Source: an uncultured Acidobacteriota bacterium
GTDB lineage: Bacteria > Acidobacteriota > Terriglobia > UBA7540
NCBI GenBank assembly: GCA_963804995.1
Contig: CAWDSK010000006.1
Span: 256,001 to 320,000, forward strand
Length of the DNA: 64,000 nucleotides
Direction of reading: 5' to 3'
In this document: in pieces, positions 41,540 to 51,771 of the stretch
Position numbering within the stretch: the first letter of the stretch is position 1
How the letters are laid out: each line of letters opens with the position of its first letter
Notes under the pieces: generated by a model
Database searches by the model: none
Seen by the model: the letters and a program-made list of their open reading frames with translations, nothing else
What the model was told of the DNA's origin: nothing
Position numbers and translations under genes: made by a program

Positions 41540-42147
41540 TCCTTCGCCAAAACTCCATCGGCTTGATCGCCCTTGATTCTTGAGCTGTTGTGGCTACCAA
41601 AAACCTCGTTCGCATTGAATCAATTGATGTTGGCCGGCCGCCGCTGGTATCGTTCCCAATCGGGCTCAGGTCGTAAGTCGGGCCGGTGCCGACCATTGCC
41701 ACACATAACTCAACTTTCCTCGAATGATCTGCGATTTGAGTATGCGACGAGATTTCAGGGCGCCAGTCACTTTTCCGGTAAGCGACAATACGCAGGTGCC
41801 TACACGCTGGATGTGGGGCCCGACGGGGACATGCCCTCCGAAGGCGAACGATTCATTCGGGGCAGCGGTCGGGCAAGTATTGCTCGCCACTCCAATGGCT
41901 CGGCGGTCCTACAGCAAGTGGAATACGCAGGGGAAGAAGTAGCTCTGAGTTCTCGGGCTATGGGAACTCGGCTCCTACCCCTCGGTTTAGGAAACCGGCG
42001 GTCGGCTTTCTATGGCTGACGGCAACTTGCTTGGAATCCTTATGTTCCAGCCACTTTTGACACGCATAAAATAACCGTTGTAGTCACTTTTGTAGCTGGT
42101 GACTTCCGCACGTTTCTACAACCCTGGGCACCCAAGCGTTTACTAGG

Positions 42148-42503
42148 CTAGAGCGGTTTCGATTTAAGTACTTACATGCCCGCAAGAGGCGAAGAAGTTT
42201 GTGCATTCGCTTGGGGAGACCGTATTGAGCAATTCCCCGATTTCCTTCCAGAGGGCATCGATATCTCGTTTGGCGGCTTTGCGGAGCAGCGCCTTGAGTT
42301 TGGAAAAGAACCTTTCGATCGGGTTCAGGTCCGGGGAGTAGGGAGGCAGATAGAGTAGGGTGGCTCCGGCCGCGGTGATCGCTTTCTCCACTCCCGCCAC
42401 CTTGTGACTGCTGAGGTTGTCCAGAATCACGGTGTCTCCCGGTTGGAGCGTTGGGCACAGGAATTGATGCACATAAGCCAGAAACATCTCGCCGTCCATC
42501 GGC
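42148..42503 (-). pseudogene. IS630-family transposase C-terminal fragment with right end
   Basis: VILDNLSSHK, YLPPYSPDLNPIE; end TAGAGCGGTTTCGATT. Confidence 0.88.
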
Positions 42504-43806
42504 TGTCCCTACCAATAATCTCGTTCATCTTGAAATCATTGATTTTCTCGGGAAACGTCGTTAGGCTCCCTCGTCCATGTTTATCCCACTCCTTTCCGCA
42601 TTGGTTAGCATCCGATCTTGGTTTCGAAATCGAGCAATGCTGCAAATGGAAAACCTTGCCCTGCGCCACCAACTGACAGTTCTTAAAAGGTCTCAGCGTG
42701 GCCGGCTTCGTCTGGACTCCGCCGACCGATGGCTTTGGATTTGGCTCTCTCGCTTCTGGTCGAACTGGCGCTCGGCGTTGCTCATCGTCAAGCCCGAAAC
42801 GGTAATCGCCTGGCATCGCCAGGGATTCCGCTGGTATTGGAGATGGAAGAGTCGGCACGGCGAGCCGGGAAGGCCTACCATCGAGTTGGAGGTTCGGGAG
42901 TTGATCCGAAAGATGAGTCTGGCGAACCCGCTCTGGGGAGCACCCCGTATTCATGGGGAATTGCTCAAGCTCGGAATCCAAGTGTCACAAGCCACAGTCG
43001 CGAAGTACATGGCTCGGCAACGAAGACCGCCATCCCAGACGTGGCGTACTTTCCTTGAGAACCACGTGCAGCAGTTGGTTGCGACGGACTTCTTCGTCGT
43101 GCCGACCGTCACTTTTCGACTCCTATACGTCTTTATCGTCTTGGCGCACGATAGGAGACGCCTACTCCATTTTAACGTCACCGCCCATCCCACTTCCGAA
43201 TGGACGGCGCAACAGCTGGTTGAGGCGTTCCCTTGGGACAGCGCGCCACGCTACCTGCTCCACGATCGCGACTCGATTTATGAAGGGTCATTCCGTTAAC
43301 GAGTTCGGAGGATGGCGATTCAGGAAGTTCTGACGGCCCCCAGATCGCCTTGGCAGAATCCATACGTTGAGCGCCTAGTGGGCTCGATCCGGCACGAGTG
43401 CCTGGACCATGTTGTTGTGTTCAACGAGTCTTCACTGCGTAGCCTTCTAAATTCTTACTTCGCGTATTACCTACGTTCGCGAACACATTTGGCGTTGGCG
43501 AAGGATGCCCCGGAAGCGAGGGTTATCCAAGGGCCGGAATTCGGTGCCGTGGCAGAGATCCCCGAAGTCGGAGGACTCCATCACCGTTATGAACGGAGAG
43601 CAGCTTGAAGCGTCATTCCCCCAAGAGACAGTCTTGAGTCTCCTTCCGGTGCCAGCAGACGTTGGCGTTGGATGACAGAACCACGGATCGATTCCAGGAC
43701 CCGTCTCCTTGAGAACGATGGTGAGGATATCATGCGGTGCTGCTGGGAGGGTCACGGAGCCATGACGGATTATCTTCCTACTGCGATCGAGTTTTTGGTA
43801 TGGACA
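42504..43806 (+). mobile_element. rve integrase-core IS (IS481/IS3-like DDE); transposase 42577-43608 with an internal TAA at 43297
   Basis: IR TGTCCCTACCAA / TTGGTATGGACA; ATDFF, HDRD, SPWQNPYVER, GGLHHRYERRAA; no TSD seen. Confidence 0.88.
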
Positions 43807-43808
43807 GG

Positions 43809-44461
43809 AGGCGGCGCGAGTGCAGGAGTGGCGAGCCCTGGACGCCATCTACTCGCTGGGAGAGTTCCACTTGCAGCTCTTCGGGTGGGATCAGGAAAGG
43901 CGCTTCGTGGTGGTGCGAGAGCAACTGCGGGAGACGAAGCGTTCGCCGGGCCGGAAATTATTGGAAGTTCCTGGTTACACCTTTCGAGTTTTCGTCACCA
44001 ACCTGCCCGATCCGCCAGAAGAAGTCTGGCGGGACTATAACCAGCGGGCCTGCGTGGAGCAACGCATCGAGGAGTTGAAGTCGGACTTGGGCGCAGACGA
44101 TTTCTGCCTGCGGGAATTCTTCGCCACCGAGGCGGTGTTCCTGAGCATTCTGATGCGGTTCAACCTGCTGGGGGAGTTCCAACGCGCCAGTGGGATGACC
44201 GGCTACCGACAGCCGGCCAGCTTGCGGGTGCAGGTGTTCCTGTGCGGAGCGATCCTGGGCCGTGCGGGCCACCGACCGGTGCTCCATCTGTCGGCCGCCT
44301 GGGGAGGCTTGGGAAAACGCAACTTCCTGTTCGACAACCTCTTGGCGTATGAAATCCCAACTTCGCGCAAGTTGGAATTGCAACCACACGGGGCGGGGTG
44401 AAGCACGGCCTCCAAACCCTAGCCCGGAGGCTAAGAACTTCGTTCAACTTACGAATTCGGG
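43809..44461 (+). pseudogene. IS1380-family transposase C-terminal fragment
   Basis: RRFVVVRE..FVTNL..YNQRACVEQRIEELK; end GAATTCGGG. Confidence 0.8.
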
Positions 44462-44832
44462 TTAAAGAAATAAAGATGCGACCGACAATTGCAGTCTGAG
44501 GCTCCGAACCCAAGGAGAGGAGCCCTCGCGTCCCTGATTTTCCGCACCACGCGGGCCCATTGGTGCTCACGTCGTCGTGCATCGTAGCTAAACCAAATAC
44601 CATGAAACCGGGTATGCGCTCGCAGGTAGTCGATATGCCAGTGGGGTCGAAGGGACGGCTTCTGGTGGTGGGCGATCCGAGCACGCAGACCCCCCGAACC
44701 CAAAGCGCTCCCCAGATAGATGTAATACCCAGGTTGCAGCCGCATTGTTCCAAGGCGCCCGATCTGAACGCGGATGTTGGTCGAACAAGACAGGATCAGC
44801 CCGTATGTCCCTGGCTTTGGCTTAAGAACCAT
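44449..44832 (-). CDS. GIY-YIG-like nuclease (DUF123), C-terminus clipped by IS1380
   Basis: PGTYGL..GYYIYLGSA..HWHIDYL..GFGASDCNCRSHL. Confidence 0.85.
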   Translation of the reverse strand: MVLKPKPGTYGLILSCSTNIRVQIGRLGTMRLQPGYYIYLGSALGSGGLRARIAHHQKPSLRPHWHIDYLRAHTRFHGIWFSYDARRREHQWARVVRKIRDARAPLLGFGASDCNCRSHLYFFNPNS

Positions 44833-44964
44833 TCCAGCTGCCAGTCTATTCGAGAGTGCGGAGCCCGCCAGGCGAACTCGCCGTACCGGTCCATCGAAGA
44901 GGATTGACCAAGCCAACGCATGCTACGCAGGACCCCTATGGCCTGGCCGTTTCTGCTTCGCAAT

Positions 44965-45867
44965 TCACTCCCCGGCAAGCTCCCTCCGCAGGTTTTCCCA
45001 CAACGCCTGCTCCCGGTGATAAGGATCATTGGCCAGCACCTGTTCTCTGGAGCTCAGGTCGGCGAGAAACCGGAAGCCGCTGGCGCAATCGGCGCAAATT
45101 CTCTCGCGGTCGATCCTCGCGTCACGGCGCACCAAGTCCCGTAAGTCGTCCCAGTCAAATTCCCTGCCCTCCTCAAATTTCCTCATGAGGCGCGCGGGAT
45201 CGAAGGTATCGCCCGCCTGCCAAAGCTTCAGCACCACAAGCCGGCGAATAAGCGGATAATCGATCGGCCGTGTCGCGTACATCCCGAGGTCGTAAATGTC
45301 GCGCGCCTTGTTGCGCTGATAACAGGCGCGGATTTTTTCAGCAAGAATTTCGGGCAGCGCCAGGCAGGTGATCTCGGCGGGGGCGAAAGGCAAGAGCCTG
45401 AAATAAGTCTGTTCGTATTGTGGCCGCCGCTCGGGCGGGAGCGTCGGCGTCTCGCGACGGCTGATCTGCAGTTTTATTTGGCTGTCGCCTGCCACGTTCC
45501 AATCATGCGAATAGGTCGGATTCACACCCCATGACAGACCGTCCTGGGTCTCGTAATAACTGTTATCAGGAATGTGGAACCTGATCCCGTGAAATTCCTG
45601 CTCGAAGGCCCCCATCATGGCGAGGATGACATCCTCGTGATCGTGCTCCTCAAGCGCGGTGAAATCCAGATCAGTGGAGAACCGTGCATGGCTTCCGATG
45701 AACATCTTCCGAAGACAGGTGCCACCCTTGAAGGCCAACCTGTCCAGAATGCGGTGCTCCGAGAGAAGCTGAAGCAAAAAGGTCAGGACGATTTCCTTTT
45801 CAGCGATCATCATGTCGCGAAGACCGGACTGGGTGGAGTAACGCCGCACCTCGGGTTGCGTAAGCAT
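44965..45867 (-). CDS. abiEii: AbiEii/AbiGii nucleotidyltransferase toxin (type IV TA)
   Basis: FKGGTCLRK..RFSTDLDF..AEKIRA..ARDIYDL. Confidence 0.92.
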   Translation of the reverse strand: MLTQPEVRRYSTQSGLRDMMIAEKEIVLTFLLQLLSEHRILDRLAFKGGTCLRKMFIGSHARFSTDLDFTALEEHDHEDVILAMMGAFEQEFHGIRFHIPDNSYYETQDGLSWGVNPTYSHDWNVAGDSQIKLQISRRETPTLPPERRPQYEQTYFRLLPFAPAEITCLALPEILAEKIRACYQRNKARDIYDLGMYATRPIDYPLIRRLVVLKLWQAGDTFDPARLMRKFEEGREFDWDDLRDLVRRDARIDRERICADCASGFRFLADLSSREQVLANDPYHREQALWENLRRELAGE

Positions 45868-45869
45868 GC

Positions 45870-46733
45870 TTACCCGTCCTTCTTGAGCGCTCTTCCCCGG
45901 CCTAGCCCGGCGCTTTCATGCAGTTCTTCTCCCGACACGTTCACGAACAGATGCCATGTCTTGTCATAGCCGATGGCGCCGGGAACTTTGTGTGCGGGAT
46001 TCGATCCCATCCATGTCCGGGGGCCGCGGGCGGCGAGGTCAAGCAGCCTTTCGCGGACGGCGGTGGGCATGTCCGCCTTGACGTGATCCATCACCCAGCC
46101 GAATCTACGGACCAGCGCAATCGAATCGATCCGTTGGAGATAGTCTGCCGCCTTTGGCCAATCAAAACGGCGACTGGCCGCCGCCAGAATGGAGGCGGCC
46201 TCTCCCACGCCACCGGCCAGCGTCGGGCGGTCGATGCAGTCGATGGCCGTCTTTTCTCGATCGGACATCATGACTTTGTAGCCGAGGACGTCGACAGGAG
46301 CGAATCCGAAAAATTTCGCAGGCTTGGGATTGACGATCCGCACCCGTCCCTCCCCGACCTGCCGACCCCGCAGGCGCGTCGGCGTGACGAGTACGATCAA
46401 CCGGCGATGCTGTGTCGTTAGCCCGTAGTGCTCGGCGGCGCTGCCGTATCCGATGTAGTAGGGATCGGCGATGCGGCTCGCTAGCGCGAGGAGATTGCTT
46501 TCGCCCAGGGCAGCGGGCCCCTGGTCGGGCGGGATGACGAGGTACTCTCCCCAGCTCGCCCGCTCGAGCCACCCTTTCCGGCGCAGCGATTCAATTACCT
46601 TGTCAGCCGCCTTGGCGCTACCACCCAGCAGTTGGACAATCTCCGGCCGGCCCACTTCGCGCCGTTCTTGTTCGGCGAGGGCAAGCACAACTCGGCTCTC
46701 CTGTGGCGATAAGGTGCGGACGGTGAAATCCAT
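45870..46733 (-). CDS. abiEi: AbiEi-family antitoxin / transcriptional regulator
   Basis: LRRKGWLER..YIGYGSAAEHYGLT..SDREKTAIDC; adjacent to AbiEii. Confidence 0.88.
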   Translation of the reverse strand: MDFTVRTLSPQESRVVLALAEQERREVGRPEIVQLLGGSAKAADKVIESLRRKGWLERASWGEYLVIPPDQGPAALGESNLLALASRIADPYYIGYGSAAEHYGLTTQHRRLIVLVTPTRLRGRQVGEGRVRIVNPKPAKFFGFAPVDVLGYKVMMSDREKTAIDCIDRPTLAGGVGEAASILAAASRRFDWPKAADYLQRIDSIALVRRFGWVMDHVKADMPTAVRERLLDLAARGPRTWMGSNPAHKVPGAIGYDKTWHLFVNVSGEELHESAGLGRGRALKKDG

Positions 46734-46749
46734 AATATTCTTACTCACA

Positions 46750-46772
46750 AAACCCCCTGTTTTAGGGGGTTT
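46750..46772. promoter_or_regulatory. Inverted repeat upstream of abiEi (putative operator)
   Basis: AAACCCCCT-N5-AGGGGGTTT. Confidence 0.55.
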
Positions 46773-46861
46773 CGATGAACAAAATATCATCTCAGGCCTT
46801 GCATGTCAATCATGTGCAGATATTTCCCCTCAAAGGGGGCTGGCCTTAACTGATTATAAGC

Positions 46862-47212
46862 TTATGCGAAGCGTCCGTCGCGCAGGACTCGCGCTTGAAC
46901 GGAAAGCCGCCGGCGCAGCATCTCCAGAGCTTGTCCCGCCTTCTTCTCTTGGAAGAAACTGAGGGCGGCGTTAAAGAAGAGCAATACGCCAATGATGATG
47001 GCCTCAGCACGTTTCTTCAGTATGATTTCGAGAAGAATAGTAACTTCGAGCATCCAGGGAACAGGAGCCCAAAATTTGCCGAAAAATCTTCGCCAAGGAT
47101 GCGACTTCGGCTCCTCGACCGCAGTCGGGCCGTATTCCAGAAGACGCTTCGTCGCCTCATCACTCGTCAATCCTGCGGATGTTTGAGCGCCGGCCGGGAA
47201 AACGTTTCGCAT
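46862..47212 (-). pseudogene. N-terminal fragment of a P-type (H+-efflux type) ATPase
   Basis: GLTSDEATKRLLEYGP..KFWAPVPWMLE..FFQE..ARVLRDG, then stops. Confidence 0.85.
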
Positions 47213-48397
47213 GGCCGTTATTATCTCATGGGAAGACCCGATGCTTGGGGACTGGCATCACAGACGGCATTGCCCACTCGGCAAACCATACAGCAGGATC
47301 GCAAGTACGAGTTCAACAGCTTATCGTACTGATCGACAACCTCGACCGCCCGGGGCCGGTCGCACACATGCCCGCAAATGGTTACTGGGACAGTCTGAAT
47401 TCAGATGGTTTAAGCCTGGCAGCAAACGTGACGCTCTGCGACAATAAGGTTGGAGGCGGTATGAATGGTCGTTAAATACCCTCAGAGCCATGAATATTTC
47501 GAACTCGCTGAGCCAGTGAAGCCGAGCACGGCGAAAAAAGTCAGAAAGAAGGTTGTTGTGCGCTTTGCGGTGAGGGAAACCACGTCGTATGGCCAACAGA
47601 CTTAAATCCGTTTTCACGAAAATGTCAGAAGGTTTGACCACTGGCTAGTTGGAGGTAGAAATAGACCAGCCCCTGTTTCCGCCGGGGCCTCTTAGAACTT
47701 TTGGGCGCAATCGATGGGTAAAGGAGAATTGCGTCCGATGCGAGCCAAAAACTCTGCAGCGACAGAAGTCAAGGCAGGATGCTCGCTTCGTTCCGACACC
47801 TCTGCAACTAGCAATGGCTTCCAACCATCAAAGTCCCTCAAGAACACCTTTCGCGCCGCCTGTGCTTGCCCTCACTGTAATCAGAGTGATCGCCGTAAGT
47901 TTTGCGATATCAAGAAGGTGGAACTTGGTAGAGCGCAGCCCAGAAGGGCTTGGCGTCGACCGATTGGCGAACTTGTGTTTCGCCAAAATCTCATCCGCGC
48001 AGGAACTGGCGCGAGTCGCTTTGTGCCTCGGATTGAAAAGAGAACCTGGACTCGGTTAAGAGTTGCTTTGAGGAGCGCGAAGGTTCTATTTAGACGAGGA
48101 CCTGGGCAGATGCGACGTTCTTATCTAAGGATGGGCGAAAAGTTGGCCCGGATCAGGCAGCCCGATCGTAACGATGATGCAGCCCGCCAAGTCGATCCTG
48201 AGATAGGATGCGCCCCGAGGCTTTGGAGCGAATTCTGTGGTCGGGGGTTCCCTTCCTCAACCCAAGGTGCGTGCGGTCTTCGTGGTAGTAGTGAACGTAT
48301 TCAGAGAGCATACGTTTCAAATGGCGTTCATTCACCGCAATGACGTGATCCAGTAGATCTTGTCGGCAGCTTTCAACCCAACGCTCCCCTACGCCAT

Positions 48398-48691
48398 TGG
48401 ATCAGGTCGTCAACTACACACCATAGAGACTATTCAAAACGACGTTTCCGAGTAACTCACCCTTACCATCCACTGTTCCAACGTGAATTCGAATGGGTGG
48501 ACTACCGCCAGAACTGGGGGGAGGACCGAGTGTATTTCTACGACGAAGGAGGCCAGTTGACCTCGCTACCGGCGCGGTGGACGAGTGTCGTGGGGGAGGA
48601 CCCATTCGTGGTCATAGGGGGAGGCCGCTCGTATTTTCGCGTTGAGGACCTGATTGAATTGGTGCGTTTGGTGGAGGGTTTACGGTCCTGA
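48398..48691 (+). CDS. DUF5372 (Y4bD/Y4pK-like) protein lacking its N-terminal start in the integrated state
   Basis: Frame open from the junction: WIRSSTT..FRVTHPYHPLFQREFEWVDYRQNWGEDRV..SLPARWT..DPF..FRVEDL; first possible start (GTG 48497) lies after the conserved VTHPxHP motif. Confidence 0.75.
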   Translation, partial: WIRSSTTHHRDYSKRRFRVTHPYHPLFQREFEWVDYRQNWGEDRVYFYDEGGQLTSLPARWTSVVGEDPFVVIGGGRSYFRVEDLIELVRLVEGLRS

Positions 48692-48841
48692 AGCCCCGGA
48701 AGGTCTGTAAAGGGAATTACGCCGTTTGTGTTAAAGGGATTATGTCGGAGCTTGAGCCGAAGTCCAGAGTTTTCGGTGGGTGTGTGAGTGCAATATCCGC
48801 TTATTGTGCAACACAAATTCGGGTCGGAGGATAGAAAAGGC

Positions 48842-48870
48842 TTGACAGGGAGCAAGAGAATGTATATAAT
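48842..48870 (+). promoter_or_regulatory. Consensus sigma70 promoter of the HTH-recombinase operon
   Basis: TTGACA-17 nt-TATAAT. Confidence 0.85.
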
Positions 48871-48911
48871 TAACATTACACTCGTTTGCCGGATTTGCTC
48901 CGGAGGAGCCC

Positions 48912-49379
48912 ATGTCCCCTTCCTCACGCCACGATGCCAAGCGCCATATCCTGCGCTCCCAAGGTACCTTGAATCCCCGCCCGCAGGAGGTGGCCCACGC
49001 CCTGTTCCAGGACAGCGACTTCTTCGATCCCCGGGACTTGCTGCAGGTCAAGTACGAGATGCTGCGCCAAGTGAGGGTCGAAAACCAAGCGGTGAGCCAA
49101 GCGGCGGAGGCTTTTGGTTTCTCCAGACCCTCCTTCTACCTCGCCCAGGCGGGCTTCGTAGCCAGGGGACTCGCAGGATTGATTCCCCAGAAACGGGGAC
49201 CTCGGCACGCCCACAAGCTCACGGCCGAGGTAATGGAGTTCGTCCGGCAGGCCCGAGCTGCCGAACCCTCCTTGCGGAGCGAGGAACTGGCGGCCCGGGT
49301 GAAGAAAGCCTTCCGTCTACGGGTCCATCCTCGCAGCTTGGAGCGCCGGCTTCGGCAGCAGCAAAAAAAACGACGTTGA
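48912..49379 (+). CDS. Helix-turn-helix protein
   Basis: GGAGGAG RBS; FFDPRDLLQVKYEMLR..AFGFSRPSFY..GLAGLIPQKRGP. Confidence 0.85.
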   Translation: MSPSSRHDAKRHILRSQGTLNPRPQEVAHALFQDSDFFDPRDLLQVKYEMLRQVRVENQAVSQAAEAFGFSRPSFYLAQAGFVARGLAGLIPQKRGPRHAHKLTAEVMEFVRQARAAEPSLRSEELAARVKKAFRLRVHPRSLERRLRQQQKKRR

Positions 49380-49681
49380 GCGACCCTCCCGTTGCTCCCC
49401 TGATGGCCCAGGAGGGGATCGTAAACCAATATGAGGAACTCCGGCGACAAGTGCGGGGTGAGTTAGGCGGCAGGCGCGGAGCCTTGGGCCTGGCGCTGTT
49501 TATTCGCCAGGGGATGAAAGGCTGGATGGAAGCCTGGTCCCACTGCCTGCCGGGTGGGATTCCGATGAAACCCCAGAATCCGTCCGGCCCTGAGGAGAGG
49601 GTTCCTCTCGATCTGCACACGGAAGTGGTTACGATTCTGGCGAGCATGGTACTTCACAGTCGGCCGGAGGTGAGAGGATGA
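49376..49681 (+). CDS. Small hypothetical protein coupled to HTH and recombinase
   Basis: TTGA overlap upstream and ATGA overlap downstream; YEELR..GLALFIRQGMKGWM. Confidence 0.7.
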   Translation: MSDPPVAPLMAQEGIVNQYEELRRQVRGELGGRRGALGLALFIRQGMKGWMEAWSHCLPGGIPMKPQNPSGPEERVPLDLHTEVVTILASMVLHSRPEVRG

Positions 49682-51771
49682 GAACCGAAATGCCGCAGAA
49701 GGTTCAAGCCCACCATTTGAAACGCGACGCCTACCTGTATATCCGGCAGTCCACGCTTCGGCAGGTCTTTGAGAATACCGAGAGCACCCAGCGCCAGTAC
49801 GCGTTACGCCAACAGGCCGTGGCCCTGGGCTGGCCTTTGGAACGGATCATCGTGATCGACAACGATCAAGGCCAGTCGGGAGCTTCGGCGGTAGACCGAG
49901 AGGGATTTCAAAGGTTGGTGAGTGAAGTGGGGATGGGGCGAGCAGGGATCGTTCTGGGTCTCGAGGTGTCGCGCCTGGCGCGCAACTCCACGGACTGGCA
50001 TCGACTGCTGGAGATCTGCGCGCTCACCGACACGCTCATTTTGGATGAAGATGGCATCTACGACCCGGCGCACTTTAATGACCGCCTGCTGTTGGGGCTG
50101 AAAGGCACGATGAGCGAGGCGGAACTGCACGTGCTGCGAGCCCGGTTGCGAGGCGGAATCCTCAGCAAAGCTCGGCGCGGTGAGTTGGAGATCCCACCTC
50201 CGGTCGGCTTGGTCTATAACGGCTCGGGGCAACTCGTTCTCGATCCGGACCAGCAGGTGCAACAGGGCCTTCGACTCTTGTTTGAAACCTTCCGTCGTAC
50301 GGGATCCGCCCTGGCCACGGTGAAGGCCTTTCGCCAGCAGGGGCTGCTGTTTCCCCGCCGCCTGCGGGCGGGGCCCCACCAAGGAGAGTTGGTATGGGTG
50401 GAACTTGTTCACAGCCATGTCCTGCGCGTTTTGCACAATCCTCGGTATGCCGGGGCCTACGTCTTTGGCCGGAGTCAGACGCGCAAGAAGCTGGAGGGTG
50501 GCGTGACGGTGAAGTGGTTGCCTCGCGAGGAGTGGGACACTTGCCTTCCTGGGGCCCATGCGGGTTACCTCTCCTGGGAAGAATATGAGAGCAATCAGCG
50601 GCGGTTACGGGAATCCGCGCAAGCTTGGGGTCCCGACCGTCGTCAAAGCCCTCCGCGGGAAGGTCCAGCGCTTCTGCAGGGATTAGTGATCTGTGGCCGC
50701 TGTGGGAATCGGATGACCGTGCGTTATCATGTTCACCGGTCACGCCTGGCCCCCCATTATGTGTGTCAGCGGTACGGTATCGAACACGCTCAAACCATCT
50801 GCCAGACGGTTCCTGGAGCGGGTATCGACCAGGCCATCGGGGAACTGCTGATCGAAGTGGTCACTCCGTTAGCCCTGGAGGTGGCGCTGAGCGTGCAGCA
50901 AGAACTTCAGTCTCGTTGGGAAGAAGCGGATCGGTTGCGCCAAACCCAAGTCGAGCGCGCCCGGTATGAGGCGGAGCTGGCCGAGCGGCGCTACTTGCGT
51001 TGCGATCCCGACAACCGGCTCGTGGCGGATTCGCTCGAGGCCGACTGGAACCACAAGCTGCGTGCTCTGGGAGAGGCTCAGCAAGAGTATCAACGTCAAC
51101 GTCAGGTCGACCGTGGGTTGTGTCGGGAAGAGGAACGCGCTCAGATTTTTGCCCTGGCCACAGACTTCCCTCGGCTGTGGCGCGATGCGAAAACGCCACA
51201 TCGAGAACGGAAGCGTATGGTCCGCCTTCTATTGGAAGACGTCACGTTGACCCGCAACCATGAGATCACGCTTCAGATCCGCTTCAAGGGGGGAGCTACA
51301 AAGACCCTGCATTTGCCCATCCCCCTCAATGCCTGGAAACAGCGCACCACCAAGCCGGAGGTGGTGGCGGAGATCGACCGGCTCCTGGATCAACGTACCG
51401 ATCGGCAGATCGCTAGCCTGCTGAATGAACGCGGCTGGCTCTCGGGCGAAGGCAGGCCCTTCAGCCCTCACATCGTTGCGCGCATACGGCGTAACTATGC
51501 CTTGAAGAGCGGTTACACTCGCCTACGCGGAGCCGGCCTGTTGACCCTGCAAGAGATGGCTAAGCTGCTCGGCATCTCCACCGGGTGGGTGAAAGTCTGG
51601 CGGGACCATGGTCTGTTAAGAGCTCAAGCCTACAACGAGAAAAACGAGTGTTTATATGAACACCCCGGCGATGATCCGCCGCGCAAGATGCAAGGGACGA
51701 AGCTCGCTGCCAGGCAGCGATTCTTCGAGGACCCCTCGAATCATACCAATGAGGTGCAGTATGAAGCATAA
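49678..51771 (+). CDS. Large serine recombinase (resolvase + recombinase + Zn ribbon)
   Basis: AYLYIRQST (catalytic Ser), EVSRLARN, LHNPRYAG, CGRCG; ends EVQYEA. Confidence 0.95.
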   Translation: MRTEMPQKVQAHHLKRDAYLYIRQSTLRQVFENTESTQRQYALRQQAVALGWPLERIIVIDNDQGQSGASAVDREGFQRLVSEVGMGRAGIVLGLEVSRLARNSTDWHRLLEICALTDTLILDEDGIYDPAHFNDRLLLGLKGTMSEAELHVLRARLRGGILSKARRGELEIPPPVGLVYNGSGQLVLDPDQQVQQGLRLLFETFRRTGSALATVKAFRQQGLLFPRRLRAGPHQGELVWVELVHSHVLRVLHNPRYAGAYVFGRSQTRKKLEGGVTVKWLPREEWDTCLPGAHAGYLSWEEYESNQRRLRESAQAWGPDRRQSPPREGPALLQGLVICGRCGNRMTVRYHVHRSRLAPHYVCQRYGIEHAQTICQTVPGAGIDQAIGELLIEVVTPLALEVALSVQQELQSRWEEADRLRQTQVERARYEAELAERRYLRCDPDNRLVADSLEADWNHKLRALGEAQQEYQRQRQVDRGLCREEERAQIFALATDFPRLWRDAKTPHRERKRMVRLLLEDVTLTRNHEITLQIRFKGGATKTLHLPIPLNAWKQRTTKPEVVAEIDRLLDQRTDRQIASLLNERGWLSGEGRPFSPHIVARIRRNYALKSGYTRLRGAGLLTLQEMAKLLGISTGWVKVWRDHGLLRAQAYNEKNECLYEHPGDDPPRKMQGTKLAARQRFFEDPSNHTNEVQYEA

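Noticed and set aside
48788..49375. 297 aa ORF 48788-49681 as a single gene
   Set aside because: It starts upstream of the promoter and overlaps the HTH gene; only the part from 49376 is credible
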